This document shows, one piece after another, positions 42,732 to 51,902 of a DNA stretch of 64,000 nt. This stretch comes from a virus (taxonomy: Duplodnaviria > Caudoviricetes). The stretch covers positions 1 to 64,000 of the IMG/VR virus record IMGVR_UViG_3300049012_000071. The stretch is one strand, 5' to 3'. The notes under the pieces were generated by a model. It was not told the origin of the DNA. It saw only the letters and a list, made by a program, of their open reading frames with translations, and ran no database searches. A program made the position numbers and the translations under genes. The first letter of the stretch is position 1. Each line of letters opens with the position of its first letter.

Positions 42732-44573
42732 ATGGGCAGGCCCAGGACCGGCAACTTCAAGCTCATCAACGGCACGTGGCACGTCCGCAACACCGTCGAG
42801 CCCGGCGTGCGCAAGACGTTCGACATGGGCACGTCCTCGCTCACCGAGGCGAAGCGCCTGAACAAGCAGATCCTGGCGAGGATAGCAAAGGGCGAGAGCC
42901 TCGACGACCTCGCCGAGGCCGCCGCCTCGCCGGGGACCTTCGCCGAGTACGCCAAGACGGTGAACGACCGCCGCCGCGCGCGCGGCATCGTGAGCGCGAC
43001 CGACGAGTGGCAGCGCCTCCGCGACCACGCCTTCCCCATCGTCGGCGGCATGACCCTCCGCGACGTCAGGCCGCGCCATATTCGCGACGTCCTCGAGGCA
43101 GCCGTCGCCACCGGCGCCGCGCCGCAGACGATCCGCCACCTTCGTGCCGCGATGTACAAGGTGTTCCGCTCCGCGGTGGTCGACGAGCTCGTCGAGGAGA
43201 ACGTCGTCGCCAAGGTCGACCCACCCGCCGGGGTGCGCGTGAAGAAGGTCCGCGTTCAGCTCACGGACGATGAGTTCTCGCGTCTCATCGACCACCTGAC
43301 CGAGACCATCGAAACCGAGGATGCCGATGCGAAGGCGGCTGCGGCGCCGACGTGGATGCGCAACGCGCGCACACGCGCCGCGTATGACAAATGGCGGCCG
43401 CACATCGAGGCGTGCGCCGCGTCCGGCATGGACCACGTCGCGTATGCGAAGCAGCACCGGCTTCGATCCGACGTCCTCCTCGGCTACATCCGACGGGCGC
43501 AGGACTACAGCAGCCGCGAGCAGGCGCGCGTCTTCGGCCGGCGGACACCAGCTGGCGAACTCCGGATGCTCGCGATCGGCGCCCGCACCATCGGCGGGCA
43601 GCGCACCAGCGACCTCATCCGCGCCGACTGGCTCAACTTCGACCTCCCGGCGTTCACGCGTGGGATCGTCGTCAGCAGCAAGACCAAGAAGCCGCGTCCG
43701 CTCCTCATCCCTGATGAAGTGCGCCCGCTCCTCATCGACTGGTGGCGGCGCAGCGGGTCGCCCACGCACGGCCCGGTCTTTCCCGTCCTCCGCGGCCCGA
43801 GGCTGGGGCAGCGCCGGCGCGAGCGCGGCGTCTCGTTCGCTGCTCGCCTTCGGACCGCGTGTCGCGCGGCCGGGCTTACGCGCCCAGGGCTCTACGAGGA
43901 GACCGACTACACCCTGCCGGCGGACTTCCACAGCTTCCGCCGCGCCTTCGTGACGGCACTGCGGCGCGCAGGCGTCCCCGCCGATGTGGCGATGAAGTTG
44001 AGCGGTCACTCCAGTCGCGAGATCCACGAGATCTACGTGGGCGACGACCCGGCCTTCCAGGCAATGCCGGCCGGCGCAATCCCGCGCCTTCCCAACCTGA
44101 GCCTGACGTCACAGGTGGTCCCGCTGACTCTGCCCGGGGCTTCCGCTTCTGCCTCGCTCGACGGCGAAACCGCCATCGTCCAGCGAGATCCCTCGCGCGC
44201 CACGCAGGATTCGAACCTGCGGCCTTCGGCTCCGGAGGCCGACGGAGAGAGCTCAGAGGAGCCTCCAAGTACCTGTCCTGCGCCTCTGGCGCGGGACGAA
44301 AGCAGCTCAGAAGAGCTCACGGCGGCTCACGGCGGATCAGGGTTTCGGCTTTTTCTGCCACAAGGATCCGACGTGTCCGGAGCCATTCCGCCACGGGTTC
44401 CGCCGCACCGAAGCGAGCGGGCTGGGCAGCGGCTGGAGGAGGGGCTCCGGGTGGCCATGGGTCCTGGCCCGGTGCGGGTCCGCGAGGAGCGTGTCCTTGA
44501 GCTTCTCGCCGGCGCCTGCGCTGACCTCTGCCTGACCCCCTCGCGCTCCGGCGCGGCTGGAGGTGGCCGGTGA
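42732..44573 (+). CDS. int: Tyrosine integrase with internal attP and long C-terminal tail
   Basis: GQRTSDL (R), SSKTK (K), FHSFRR, SGHS, EIY; GGAGG RBS. Confidence 0.92.
   Translation: MGRPRTGNFKLINGTWHVRNTVEPGVRKTFDMGTSSLTEAKRLNKQILARIAKGESLDDLAEAAASPGTFAEYAKTVNDRRRARGIVSATDEWQRLRDHAFPIVGGMTLRDVRPRHIRDVLEAAVATGAAPQTIRHLRAAMYKVFRSAVVDELVEENVVAKVDPPAGVRVKKVRVQLTDDEFSRLIDHLTETIETEDADAKAAAAPTWMRNARTRAAYDKWRPHIEACAASGMDHVAYAKQHRLRSDVLLGYIRRAQDYSSREQARVFGRRTPAGELRMLAIGARTIGGQRTSDLIRADWLNFDLPAFTRGIVVSSKTKKPRPLLIPDEVRPLLIDWWRRSGSPTHGPVFPVLRGPRLGQRRRERGVSFAARLRTACRAAGLTRPGLYEETDYTLPADFHSFRRAFVTALRRAGVPADVAMKLSGHSSREIHEIYVGDDPAFQAMPAGAIPRLPNLSLTSQVVPLTLPGASASASLDGETAIVQRDPSRATQDSNLRPSAPEADGESSEEPPSTCPAPLARDESSSEELTAAHGGSGFRLFLPQGSDVSGAIPPRVPPHRSERAGQRLEEGLRVAMGPGPVRVREERVLELLAGACADLCLTPSRSGAAGGGR
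44194..44244 (-). other. attP: attP core: 3' half of tRNA-Arg(CCG)
   Basis: Minus strand TCGGC-CTCCGGA-GCCGA (anticodon CCG), GCAGG-TTCGAAT-CCTGC (T-arm), GTGGCGC-G; no D-arm or 5' half. Confidence 0.88.
44315..44334. repeat. Tandem GCTCACGGCG x2, candidate integrase arm sites
   Basis: Exact 10-bp tandem about 70 bp from the core; a TTCCGCC pair follows near 44386-44404. Confidence 0.45.
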
Positions 44574-44992
44574 GGCGCCGCCCCCTTCAGACCGAAGCTC
44601 AGCGCGTCGTCGGCGCCGCGGTTCGTGAGCAGTTCGGCTACCCGCGCGTCAGCAACGTCCGGATGCGTCAGCTCAAGCTGGCGTGCCTCGAGTGCGGCGC
44701 GCCCATGGAGACATGGCGCATGCACCGGGCGTGCTGGGTCTGTCCCAACCTGGCGCACTACACCGGCGCTGAGTGGTTCTGGTCGCGGCGTCTGGACCGG
44801 AAGCGCTACGGCCTGAAGCTCCAGAAGAAGTTCGGCAACCGCTACGTGCGCCGGTACCTCGTTCGCGTGCCGCCCCGCCGCGTCCGCCGCGCGGTCGTCT
44901 TCGGACTGATCGCGATGGTGAGGTTCGCGCAGGCGCACTCGTGCGCCTCGTGCCCGGCCGTTCCTTCCACTGCCCAGGAGACCGCCCGATGA
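44570..44992 (+). CDS. Basic Zn-ribbon protein
   Basis: CLECG...WVCPN; GTGA-coupled to the int stop. Confidence 0.55.
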   Translation: MRRRPLQTEAQRVVGAAVREQFGYPRVSNVRMRQLKLACLECGAPMETWRMHRACWVCPNLAHYTGAEWFWSRRLDRKRYGLKLQKKFGNRYVRRYLVRVPPRRVRRAVVFGLIAMVRFAQAHSCASCPAVPSTAQETAR

Positions 44993-45534
44993 GCGACCAC
45001 GTTGCGATGCAAGGCAGCGCGTTCGTCTGCCTCCACTGCGGCCAGAGGTACGAGCCCGCGATGCCGTGCCCGATCAACATCTGGCTGGCTTCCTCCAAGG
45101 CGTTCCAGAAGGACCACCGGCGGTGCAAGGCGCCTGAGACGCCGGTCTGCCGGTTCTGTCGGTCGGCCACGCACGACGACGAGAACCACGTCGCCGCGAC
45201 CGTGAAGCACCCGATGGACTGGCCTGGCTGCGGCGACACCGGCCTGAGCTCGCAGGCGATCTGGCAGCACATGACCGGGCTCACCCTCCCAGGAAGGTGG
45301 AGCGGCCGCATGGAGTACCCGCTCGACCCGGACGACTTCGGCCGCTGCTACCGGCTGCTGTCCGCGCCGTGGGCCGCTGAATGGCGCGCCCGCGTCGGCG
45401 AGATGGCGAAGTACCCGGGGTGGCCCGGGCTCGTGGCCCGCTGGGATGAACTGGAGGCGCTCTATCGAAAGGAGCGCCCGAAGGGCAGGGCCCCGAAGCT
45501 CTACGCGGCGATGCAGGAGGCGCTCGGCCGATGA
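44989..45534 (+). CDS. Conserved phage protein with Zn finger
   Basis: CLHCG; DTGLSSQAI; PLDPDDFGRCYRLL. Confidence 0.75.
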   Translation: MSDHVAMQGSAFVCLHCGQRYEPAMPCPINIWLASSKAFQKDHRRCKAPETPVCRFCRSATHDDENHVAATVKHPMDWPGCGDTGLSSQAIWQHMTGLTLPGRWSGRMEYPLDPDDFGRCYRLLSAPWAAEWRARVGEMAKYPGWPGLVARWDELEALYRKERPKGRAPKLYAAMQEALGR

Positions 45535-45851
45535 AGCGCCACCGCTCAACCCCGCGCACCTTCCGCCTCTACGAGCGCCTCGCCGACGGTCCGCGCGGCT
45601 ACGTCGCGTCGCTTGGCTGCCCCGCGTGCGGCGGCATCGACGACGACCACGCGCCTGGGTGCCGCCAGGCCAGCCGGGCGCAGTTCGGTGCCCACCACGT
45701 CGGCAAGGTGAACGCGAGCTTGCCCGGCGACTACGCCGCGCTCAGCGATGAGCCCGGCGCGGCGGGGCCTTCGCGCGCCCGGAGCACGCACACGTCCAGG
45801 TCGTCGACGGTGCAGCGGGACCCGGCTCCGGTTGGGAGGTCGCCCCGATGA
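45531..45851 (+). CDS. Hypothetical protein
   Basis: CPACGG..H..GC; coupled. Confidence 0.5.
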   Translation: MKRHRSTPRTFRLYERLADGPRGYVASLGCPACGGIDDDHAPGCRQASRAQFGAHHVGKVNASLPGDYAALSDEPGAAGPSRARSTHTSRSSTVQRDPAPVGRSPR

Positions 45852-46309
45852 GCATCGCCTCCCTCATCGACCGGGCGCAGGGCGCGCACGAGGCCGCTCT
45901 CCTCCGCCGCGGCGTCACCGCTGCCGAGATCGCCGACGCGCCCGATGCTGACCGCGAGCGCCTCGAGCGTGTCCGCGGCAGCGCGAACGAGCGGCGCGTC
46001 CTCGCTGCCCTCCACCGGGCCGCGCTCCCGAACTGGATCGTCGGCATCCGCGCCGGCCGGACGACAGAGGACCGGCGCGGCGGCGACATCGCCGTGCTCT
46101 GCGACGACGGGAAGCGGTGCTGGCTCCAGGTGAAGAGCAGCACTGCGGGCGCGCAGAAGTTCATCGCGGAGGCGCGGCGCCGGGGCCGCGTCGGCGTGAT
46201 CGGCATCGTGGTCGTGCCCGACCGGATCACCGATCGCCAGATCGTCGGCCGCGTGCTCGCGACGCTGATCGAGATGCGGGCCCAGCGCGCGGGGGAGGCT
46301 GGCCGATGA
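45848..46309 (+). CDS. PD-(D/E)xK nuclease-like protein
   Basis: ED..GGDIAV...LQVKSS. Confidence 0.6.
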   Translation: MSIASLIDRAQGAHEAALLRRGVTAAEIADAPDADRERLERVRGSANERRVLAALHRAALPNWIVGIRAGRTTEDRRGGDIAVLCDDGKRCWLQVKSSTAGAQKFIAEARRRGRVGVIGIVVVPDRITDRQIVGRVLATLIEMRAQRAGEAGR

Positions 46310-46620
46310 GCGTCGACGAGCTGCTCACCGCCGTCGCGTCCGACCTCCGGGCCATCGGCCACGTCGTCCCGGAGTCGCTCGCGACCGACACCGAGCGCGC
46401 CGATGCACTATTCGCCGCCGGCGCCGCGGTCCGCTGCATCGACCGCCGCATCCACCTCCGCTTCGCCGCGCGCTTCCTCGCGTGTGCCTTCGAGGCTCGT
46501 GCCGAGGGCGAGCGCGAGGAAGCGGATCGCTGGGCCGCGAAGAGCGCGGCGGAGCTTGAGCTCTACCGCGCGCCGGCCCCGGAACTCCAGCCGTACGTGA
46601 CCCACGGAGGTGCCTCGTGA
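46306..46620 (+). CDS. Hypothetical protein
   Basis: Coupled ORF. Confidence 0.55.
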   Translation: MSVDELLTAVASDLRAIGHVVPESLATDTERADALFAAGAAVRCIDRRIHLRFAARFLACAFEARAEGEREEADRWAAKSAAELELYRAPAPELQPYVTHGGAS

Positions 46621-47231
46621 CGCAGCTCGCCTTCGCTCTCGACATCGCCGCGCCGGCTGAGTCGCCGGCTCCCACGCCAGCCACAGGGCGCGCCGCGCGC
46701 AGCCCGGATCGGAGTTCTCAGCAGGTGCAGCAACAACAGCAACGTCAGGGACCCGCCGTCGACTTCTCGCAGTGGCTCTCTCCGGACGAGATGGAGCGCG
46801 TCCAGGCCTACGCCGACGAGGTGATGCGCCAGCTTCACGAGCGGCCGGCGTTCCGCGATGGCGACGCGAAGGACCGCGCCCACCTGCTGCGCCGGTACGC
46901 GGCCGGTCTGCTCCTCGCCGGCGGGAAGGCGCTCGCGCTGGCGGATCTGGCCGAGGCCTCTGGCGCCGCGGAGAAGGACTCGGCCGAGCCCGCGCCTGCG
47001 CCGGTGAAACGCGGCCCCGGCCGGCCCAAGAAGGGCCCGAGCGCTCCGTCCGCCGACCACCCCGCCGCGGTTAGGATGCGCATGCCGTCTGCGCCGCGCC
47101 TCAGACGTGGCCTGGAGGAGAGCGCCGCGCCCGCGCCTGCCGCGACGAGGAAGCCGCAGCCAACGGCCGACGAGGTGCTGGCGAAGTACCGCGGGCTGAA
47201 GACGCCGCAGCGCGCCGGGAGGTCGGGGTGA
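46617..47231 (+). CDS. Hypothetical protein with AT-hook-like motif
   Basis: KRGPGRPKK; coupled. Confidence 0.55.
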   Translation: MTQLAFALDIAAPAESPAPTPATGRAARSPDRSSQQVQQQQQRQGPAVDFSQWLSPDEMERVQAYADEVMRQLHERPAFRDGDAKDRAHLLRRYAAGLLLAGGKALALADLAEASGAAEKDSAEPAPAPVKRGPGRPKKGPSAPSADHPAAVRMRMPSAPRLRRGLEESAAPAPAATRKPQPTADEVLAKYRGLKTPQRAGRSG

Positions 47232-47713
47232 TGCTCGACGTCCTCCAGATCGCCGCGAGCATCGCGCCCGGGGACCTCGCGGCGCTCCAGGCGCACGCGT
47301 CCGAGATCGTCGCCGAGGAGATCCGCGACGCGGGCGCTCGCTTCGTCGGGCCGGAGTTGCTCTACCGGCTCGAGCACACGGCGATCCTGCACCTGCTCGT
47401 GACCGGGCTCCTCATGCGTCACGTCGAGGCGACCGAGGCCGAGCCCGTCGAGATCGTCTCTGCCGGCCGGCGTCGCCGGTGCGCTCCTCTTCGCCGATGG
47501 CACGGACGTCTGCGCGCGCTGGCCTTCGTGACACAGCGCCGGCGCGGGCGACGAACCCAGCTCCGCGTGCGCTGCCGTTGCGCCTGCGGAGAGATCGTCA
47601 CCGTGCTGAAAGACGACCTCCGGCGCCGCAAGGTGCGGAGTTGCGGGTGCCGCCGAGACGAGCTGACGGCGCAGCGGAACCGCGAGCGAGCGGAGATGAG
47701 GAGGGCGGCTTGA
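47228..47713 (+). CDS. Protein with one CxC..SCGC module
   Basis: CRCACG...L..KVRSCGC. Confidence 0.55.
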   Translation: MMLDVLQIAASIAPGDLAALQAHASEIVAEEIRDAGARFVGPELLYRLEHTAILHLLVTGLLMRHVEATEAEPVEIVSAGRRRRCAPLRRWHGRLRALAFVTQRRRGRRTQLRVRCRCACGEIVTVLKDDLRRRKVRSCGCRRDELTAQRNRERAEMRRAA

Positions 47714-48777
47714 GTCGCAACGATCCAATTCCTTTGCAAGAGCGCTACGGCCGCCTGCGTGTGCTGCGTCCCGCGGAAAGTGGGAAGAGCGGGCGCAGGA
47801 TGGTTCTAGTTCAATGTGACTGTGGCTCTAAGCCCAAAACCGTCGCATGGACGAACCTGCGCGACGGATTGACTAGAAGCTGCGGGTGTCTCCAAACCGA
47901 ACGTGCACGAGAACGGATGAAGATTCTAGCGACAGCCACAACAAACGGCACCGCGACCGGGCGGGTACACGTGCCGCTTCAGGTTGGCGATGTGTTCGAG
48001 CGCCTCACCGTGCTCGCAAAGGCGCCAGTGAATCGCGGGGGCGTGCGCTACTGGTGCCTTTGCGAGTGCGGCAACTTCGCCTGCGTGCCAGCATGTCGAC
48101 TGCGCGCGGGTCGAAGCAGGAGCTGCGGCTGCCTCGCTGTCGACGTGCGCCGGGCGAATCATGCGGCCAAGATCGCCGAAGCAGCCGCGTCGGCCACGGC
48201 GAGCATCGCATCGGCGACGCGCGAACCGCACGTCGACACAGCAGTCCATCCAGGCAATTCTGGAAAGAAGAAGCGCGCCCCAGAGAGACAGCCAGGCCAA
48301 TCCGTGGAGGAGTGGTTCTGGTCGCGGACTCTGCGGGCTGCGAACGGGTGCCTGGAATGGCAGAACGCCATTCACGACACTGGGTATGGTGTTTTCGCCA
48401 TCGGCAAGAAGATGTTTCGTGCACACCGGTACGCTTGGGAGATCACCAACGGACAGATCCCGGTCGGGCTCTTCGTCTGCCACCGATGCGACAACAGGAA
48501 ATGCGTAGACCCGGCTCATCTGTTTCTTGGCACGCAGATGGACAACATGCGCGACATGTCCAGCAAAGGCAGGTCGGGCAGTGTTGTACGCCCGGAAAAG
48601 TTGAGCCGCGGCAGCCACAGGTACAACGCGAAACTGTCGGAGGAAGCTGTCCGATTCATTCGCGCAGCGTACGCCGAAGGTGGCGTCACACAGAAGGAGC
48701 TTGGTCGCAAGTACGGCGTGCCGAGAGCACTGATCACTAAGGTGATCAACTGGGAAGCGTGGAGGCACGTCCAATGA
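47710..48777 (+). CDS. HNH homing endonuclease
   Basis: CLEW..GYG..AHRYAW..VCHRCDNRKCVDPAHL..N, two SCGC modules and a C-terminal HTH; AT-richer. Confidence 0.9.
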   Translation: MSRNDPIPLQERYGRLRVLRPAESGKSGRRMVLVQCDCGSKPKTVAWTNLRDGLTRSCGCLQTERARERMKILATATTNGTATGRVHVPLQVGDVFERLTVLAKAPVNRGGVRYWCLCECGNFACVPACRLRAGRSRSCGCLAVDVRRANHAAKIAEAAASATASIASATREPHVDTAVHPGNSGKKKRAPERQPGQSVEEWFWSRTLRAANGCLEWQNAIHDTGYGVFAIGKKMFRAHRYAWEITNGQIPVGLFVCHRCDNRKCVDPAHLFLGTQMDNMRDMSSKGRSGSVVRPEKLSRGSHRYNAKLSEEAVRFIRAAYAEGGVTQKELGRKYGVPRALITKVINWEAWRHVQ

Positions 48778-49412
48778 CGGCTCTGTTCGTCGTGCTGGAG
48801 TCCCCTGACGGCGCCGGCAAGTCCACCCAGGCCAAGCGCCTCGTCTCGACGCTCTCCGCCTCTGGCCGCAGTGTCGCGCTGACGGTCGAGCCCACCCACG
48901 GCCCGATCGGTCGCCGGATCCGCGAGCTGACGGTCGCCGGGTCGCAGTCCGACCCGAAGGAGATCGCGCTGCTCTTCGCCGCCGATCGCCAGGCGCACAG
49001 CCGGAGCATCCGCGACCTCCTCGACAGCGGGGTCATCGTCGTCTGCGACCGATACGCGCTCTCGACGGCCGTCTACCAGGGCGCCGCGTCGGGCGACCTC
49101 GAGGTGGAGCTCTGGGCCGACAGTCTCTCCCGCTACGCCTGCCCGCCGGACCTGACGCTCGTCCTGGAGGCGCCGCTCGATGTTTGCGCGGCGCGGCTGC
49201 GAGCCCGGGGGAAGCCGGCTGACCTGTTCGAGGCCGCGGAGACGCAGCGCCGGGTGCACGAGGCGTACGGCCGGGCGGAGACCTTCCTGTGGGGCGAGAC
49301 GGTGCAGCGCATCGACGCGACCGGCACCGAAGACGAGGTGGCGGCGCGGGTGCTGGAAGCGGTGGAGCGGAGGCTTGCTGAGGGGCCGGCGGCGGAGAGG
49401 AGCGCCGGGTGA
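48774..49412 (+). CDS. tmk: Thymidylate kinase
   Basis: ESPDGAGKSTQ, EP, LLFAADR, VVCDRY..S..YQG, PDL. Confidence 0.92.
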   Translation: MTALFVVLESPDGAGKSTQAKRLVSTLSASGRSVALTVEPTHGPIGRRIRELTVAGSQSDPKEIALLFAADRQAHSRSIRDLLDSGVIVVCDRYALSTAVYQGAASGDLEVELWADSLSRYACPPDLTLVLEAPLDVCAARLRARGKPADLFEAAETQRRVHEAYGRAETFLWGETVQRIDATGTEDEVAARVLEAVERRLAEGPAAERSAG

Positions 49413-49530
49413 TGCAACACCGATGCTCTCGGATTGGCCACCTTCTCTCATGGCGCCTCGGCTCCGCGCGTGACAGAGTCCGCTTCTGCGTCGAATCCGC
49501 TCATGTCGGCACGCACTCCGGAGGTGGCCT

Positions 49531-50064
49531 TTGAGCCAAAGCATTCTCTTCACCGAGCCGCGGACGTCAGACGCGCGCATCAGCAGCTGCGGTCGGTACC
49601 GGTACTGGCTCATGCGGCGCTGGGCACCTGGCCAGCGGATGCTCTACGTGATGCTCAATCCGAGCACTGCCGACGCGTCGCTCGACGACCCGACGATCCG
49701 CCGCTGCATCGGCTTCGCGAAGGCGCTCGGCTTTGGCGGCCTCGAGGTGGTGAACCTGTTCGCCTGGAGATCGACGAGCCCGGACGCCATGTTCGGCGTG
49801 GCTCGGGGTGGGCAGGACATCGTCGGCCCGGACTGCGACACGACGATCCTCGATGCCGCCCGCGGGGCCGGACTGGTTGTCGCGGCGTGGGGTGCCGACC
49901 ATCGGGCCTCCGAGCGCGCATCCGCGGTGCTCGCCATGATCTCCAACGTTGCCGACGTCCACTGCTTGGGGCGCTCGGGAAGCGGCGCGCCTCGACACCC
50001 GCTCTACCTGCCAGGTGCGGCGCGCCCTGAACTCTTCCGCGCGAAGGAGGCTGGTGCGTCATGA
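49531..50064 (+). CDS. DUF1643 protein
   Basis: YRYWL.R.W, MLNPSTAD..DDPTIRRC, NLFA, AAWG, PRHPLY. Confidence 0.9.
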   Translation: MSQSILFTEPRTSDARISSCGRYRYWLMRRWAPGQRMLYVMLNPSTADASLDDPTIRRCIGFAKALGFGGLEVVNLFAWRSTSPDAMFGVARGGQDIVGPDCDTTILDAARGAGLVVAAWGADHRASERASAVLAMISNVADVHCLGRSGSGAPRHPLYLPGAARPELFRAKEAGAS

Positions 50065-50230
50065 CGGAGCATAGACCCTGGTGCCCGCTGCTCGGCGGCG
50101 GCCGGTGCGCATGCGCGGAGACGCGCGACGACAGGACGCTCGACCTGTTCGCGGGCGTGGAGCAGCCTGGTCTCGCGGAGGCGCTGGCTCTGGTCGAGGA
50201 AGCGGTCAAGCGCGCATCCAAGGAGGATCC

Positions 50231-50884
50231 GTGAAGCGCGCCGCATTTCGCCGCCGCAAGGCTGCTGCTCCGTCCGGTGCCGCGGCGACGAAGCGGCCGA
50301 AGAAGCCGGCGAAGGCGTTCGACGTGGCCGCCGCGATCGCGTTCGTCGATGCGCGCCTCGCCGAGCCGCCTCCGCCGGAGAAGCGTCTCAAGGCCGGCCG
50401 CGTGCGCCCCGGTGTGCGGCGCGTGGAGGGGGCTGGAGCCTGCATCCTCCGGTGCGTCCTGCCGCTTGAGGACGCCCCGACAGCGAACCGGCTGATCGAA
50501 CTCGGTCGAATCGGCCCGTGGGCGCTCGCGAAGCTCAAGAAGCGGGTGCTCTCGCGGATGCTGCTCCAGGTTCGCGCCCGCGCCGCCAAGCCACTCCAGG
50601 GCCGAGCGATGGTCCGCATGGTGCGTTTCACGCACACCGCCCAGGACTACGACACGAGCTGGACCAAGATCCCGCTCGACCGCCTCCAGGTCGGCAAGCG
50701 CGAGAGGCCGGAGCACCTGACCGCGGAGCAGTGGTCCTCCGTGCAGGCGCAGTTGGGCCTCGCCGAACTCGGCTACATCCGCGGCGACTCGCAGCACGAG
50801 ATCGACTTGGCCGCCTGGAGCGAGCCCGCGCCGCCAGGCCGGGGCTGCGTGCTGGTCGAGGTGTGGACGGGGAGGGTGGGGTGA
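50231..50884 (+). CDS. RusA-like resolvase/endonuclease (divergent)
   Basis: PTAN...DYDT..KIPLDRL...GYIRGDS...VLVEV. Confidence 0.45.
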   Translation: MKRAAFRRRKAAAPSGAAATKRPKKPAKAFDVAAAIAFVDARLAEPPPPEKRLKAGRVRPGVRRVEGAGACILRCVLPLEDAPTANRLIELGRIGPWALAKLKKRVLSRMLLQVRARAAKPLQGRAMVRMVRFTHTAQDYDTSWTKIPLDRLQVGKRERPEHLTAEQWSSVQAQLGLAELGYIRGDSQHEIDLAAWSEPAPPGRGCVLVEVWTGRVG

Positions 50885-51570
50885 AAGAGCCGTTTCGCGT
50901 TCTGCTCGCCGACCCGCCGTGGCTCTTCCGGGACAAGCTGCCTGGTCGCGGCCGTGGGGCCAGCAAGCACTACAGCTGCATGGGAATCGATGCGCTGAAG
51001 CGCTTCGAGCTCCCGCCGCTCGCCGACGACTGCGCGCTCTTCCTCTGGCGCTGCTCGGCCATGCCGCAAGAGGCGCTCGACCTCATCAAGGCGTGGGGCT
51101 TCACCGTCAAGAGCGAGATCGTCTGGGAGAAGTGCAGGCCGTGCGGCCCGTGCAAGGGCGCCGGCGCGGTCGTCCGCCGAGGCGCTAAGTCGAAGTGCCG
51201 CGGCTGCAACGGTCTCGGGGTGCGCCCGTTCTTCGGCATGGGCCGCTACGTGCGGAACAGCCACGAGACGTGCCACATCGCCGTTCGCGGCCGGCCGCAG
51301 CGTCGCAACGCAACCTCGGCGCGGAACATCCTGTCGCGGTTCGCCGCCCCGATGCCGATTGGCGCCAACGGCCGCCCGATCCACAGCGCGAAGCCCGACG
51401 CGATCCACCAGTTCATCGAGCGGATGTACCCGGGCCCGTACGTTGAAATCTTCGCCAGGAGGCACCGGCCCGGGTGGGTGTGCCTCGGGGATGAACTGCC
51501 AGGCCAGAAAAGCGAAACGCCGGCGGGTGGAGCCGCCGGCGTCTCAGGTGCGGAGGTAACGCAGCGATGA
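50881..51570 (+). CDS. MT-A70 family adenine methyltransferase with Zn-finger insert
   Basis: VLLADPPW, HY, LFLW, WGF, FGMGRY.R, HSAKP, EIFAR, GW..LGDE. Confidence 0.9.
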   Translation: MKEPFRVLLADPPWLFRDKLPGRGRGASKHYSCMGIDALKRFELPPLADDCALFLWRCSAMPQEALDLIKAWGFTVKSEIVWEKCRPCGPCKGAGAVVRRGAKSKCRGCNGLGVRPFFGMGRYVRNSHETCHIAVRGRPQRRNATSARNILSRFAAPMPIGANGRPIHSAKPDAIHQFIERMYPGPYVEIFARRHRPGWVCLGDELPGQKSETPAGGAAGVSGAEVTQR

Positions 51571-51902
51571 AGGTCTTACAGCAGCAGAAGGAACACGTCA
51601 AGGCGCTCCGGCAGAAGCTCGATGAGCTGGAGACTCGCGGCCTCCTCCAGGACGTCAGGCTCATCTGCTCGCGGGAGGGCGCGATCGTCGAGGAGATCTT
51701 CGGCGACCGTCGCAGCGCCCACATCGCGCGGGCGCGCCGCATGGTCTGGTGGGAGCTCAAGGACCGCGGCTGGACGTACGCCTTCATCGGCGAGTTCTTC
51801 AACCGCGAGCACTCGACAGTGATGAGCGGCATCCAGCGCGCGGCGCGGGAGCTGGGACTCAAGGCGCTGCCTGGGGCGCGCGCGATGAAGGAGGCGGCGT
51901 AG
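51567..51902 (+). CDS. DnaA domain IV-like HTH protein
   Basis: R...IARARRM...IGEFFNREHSTVMSG. Confidence 0.75.
   Translation: MKVLQQQKEHVKALRQKLDELETRGLLQDVRLICSREGAIVEEIFGDRRSAHIARARRMVWWELKDRGWTYAFIGEFFNREHSTVMSGIQRAARELGLKALPGARAMKEAA

Noticed and set aside
41835-44027. 730-aa antisense ORF, and similar long ORFs such as 15934-17859 + and 30048-31889 +
   Set aside because: Shadow ORFs opposite well-supported genes, expected at high GC; no motifs.
44194-44244. Prophage boundary (attL/attR)
   Set aside because: Coupled phage genes continue on both sides and the int frame reads through.
44194-44270. Functional tRNA-Arg gene
   Set aside because: Only the 3' half is present; there is no D-arm or matching 5' acceptor strand. 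Treated as attP.
48774-51570. DNA hypermodification cluster (tmk, DUF1643, methylase)
   Set aside because: No base-modifying synthase or transferase genes recognised; these genes are individually common in phages.
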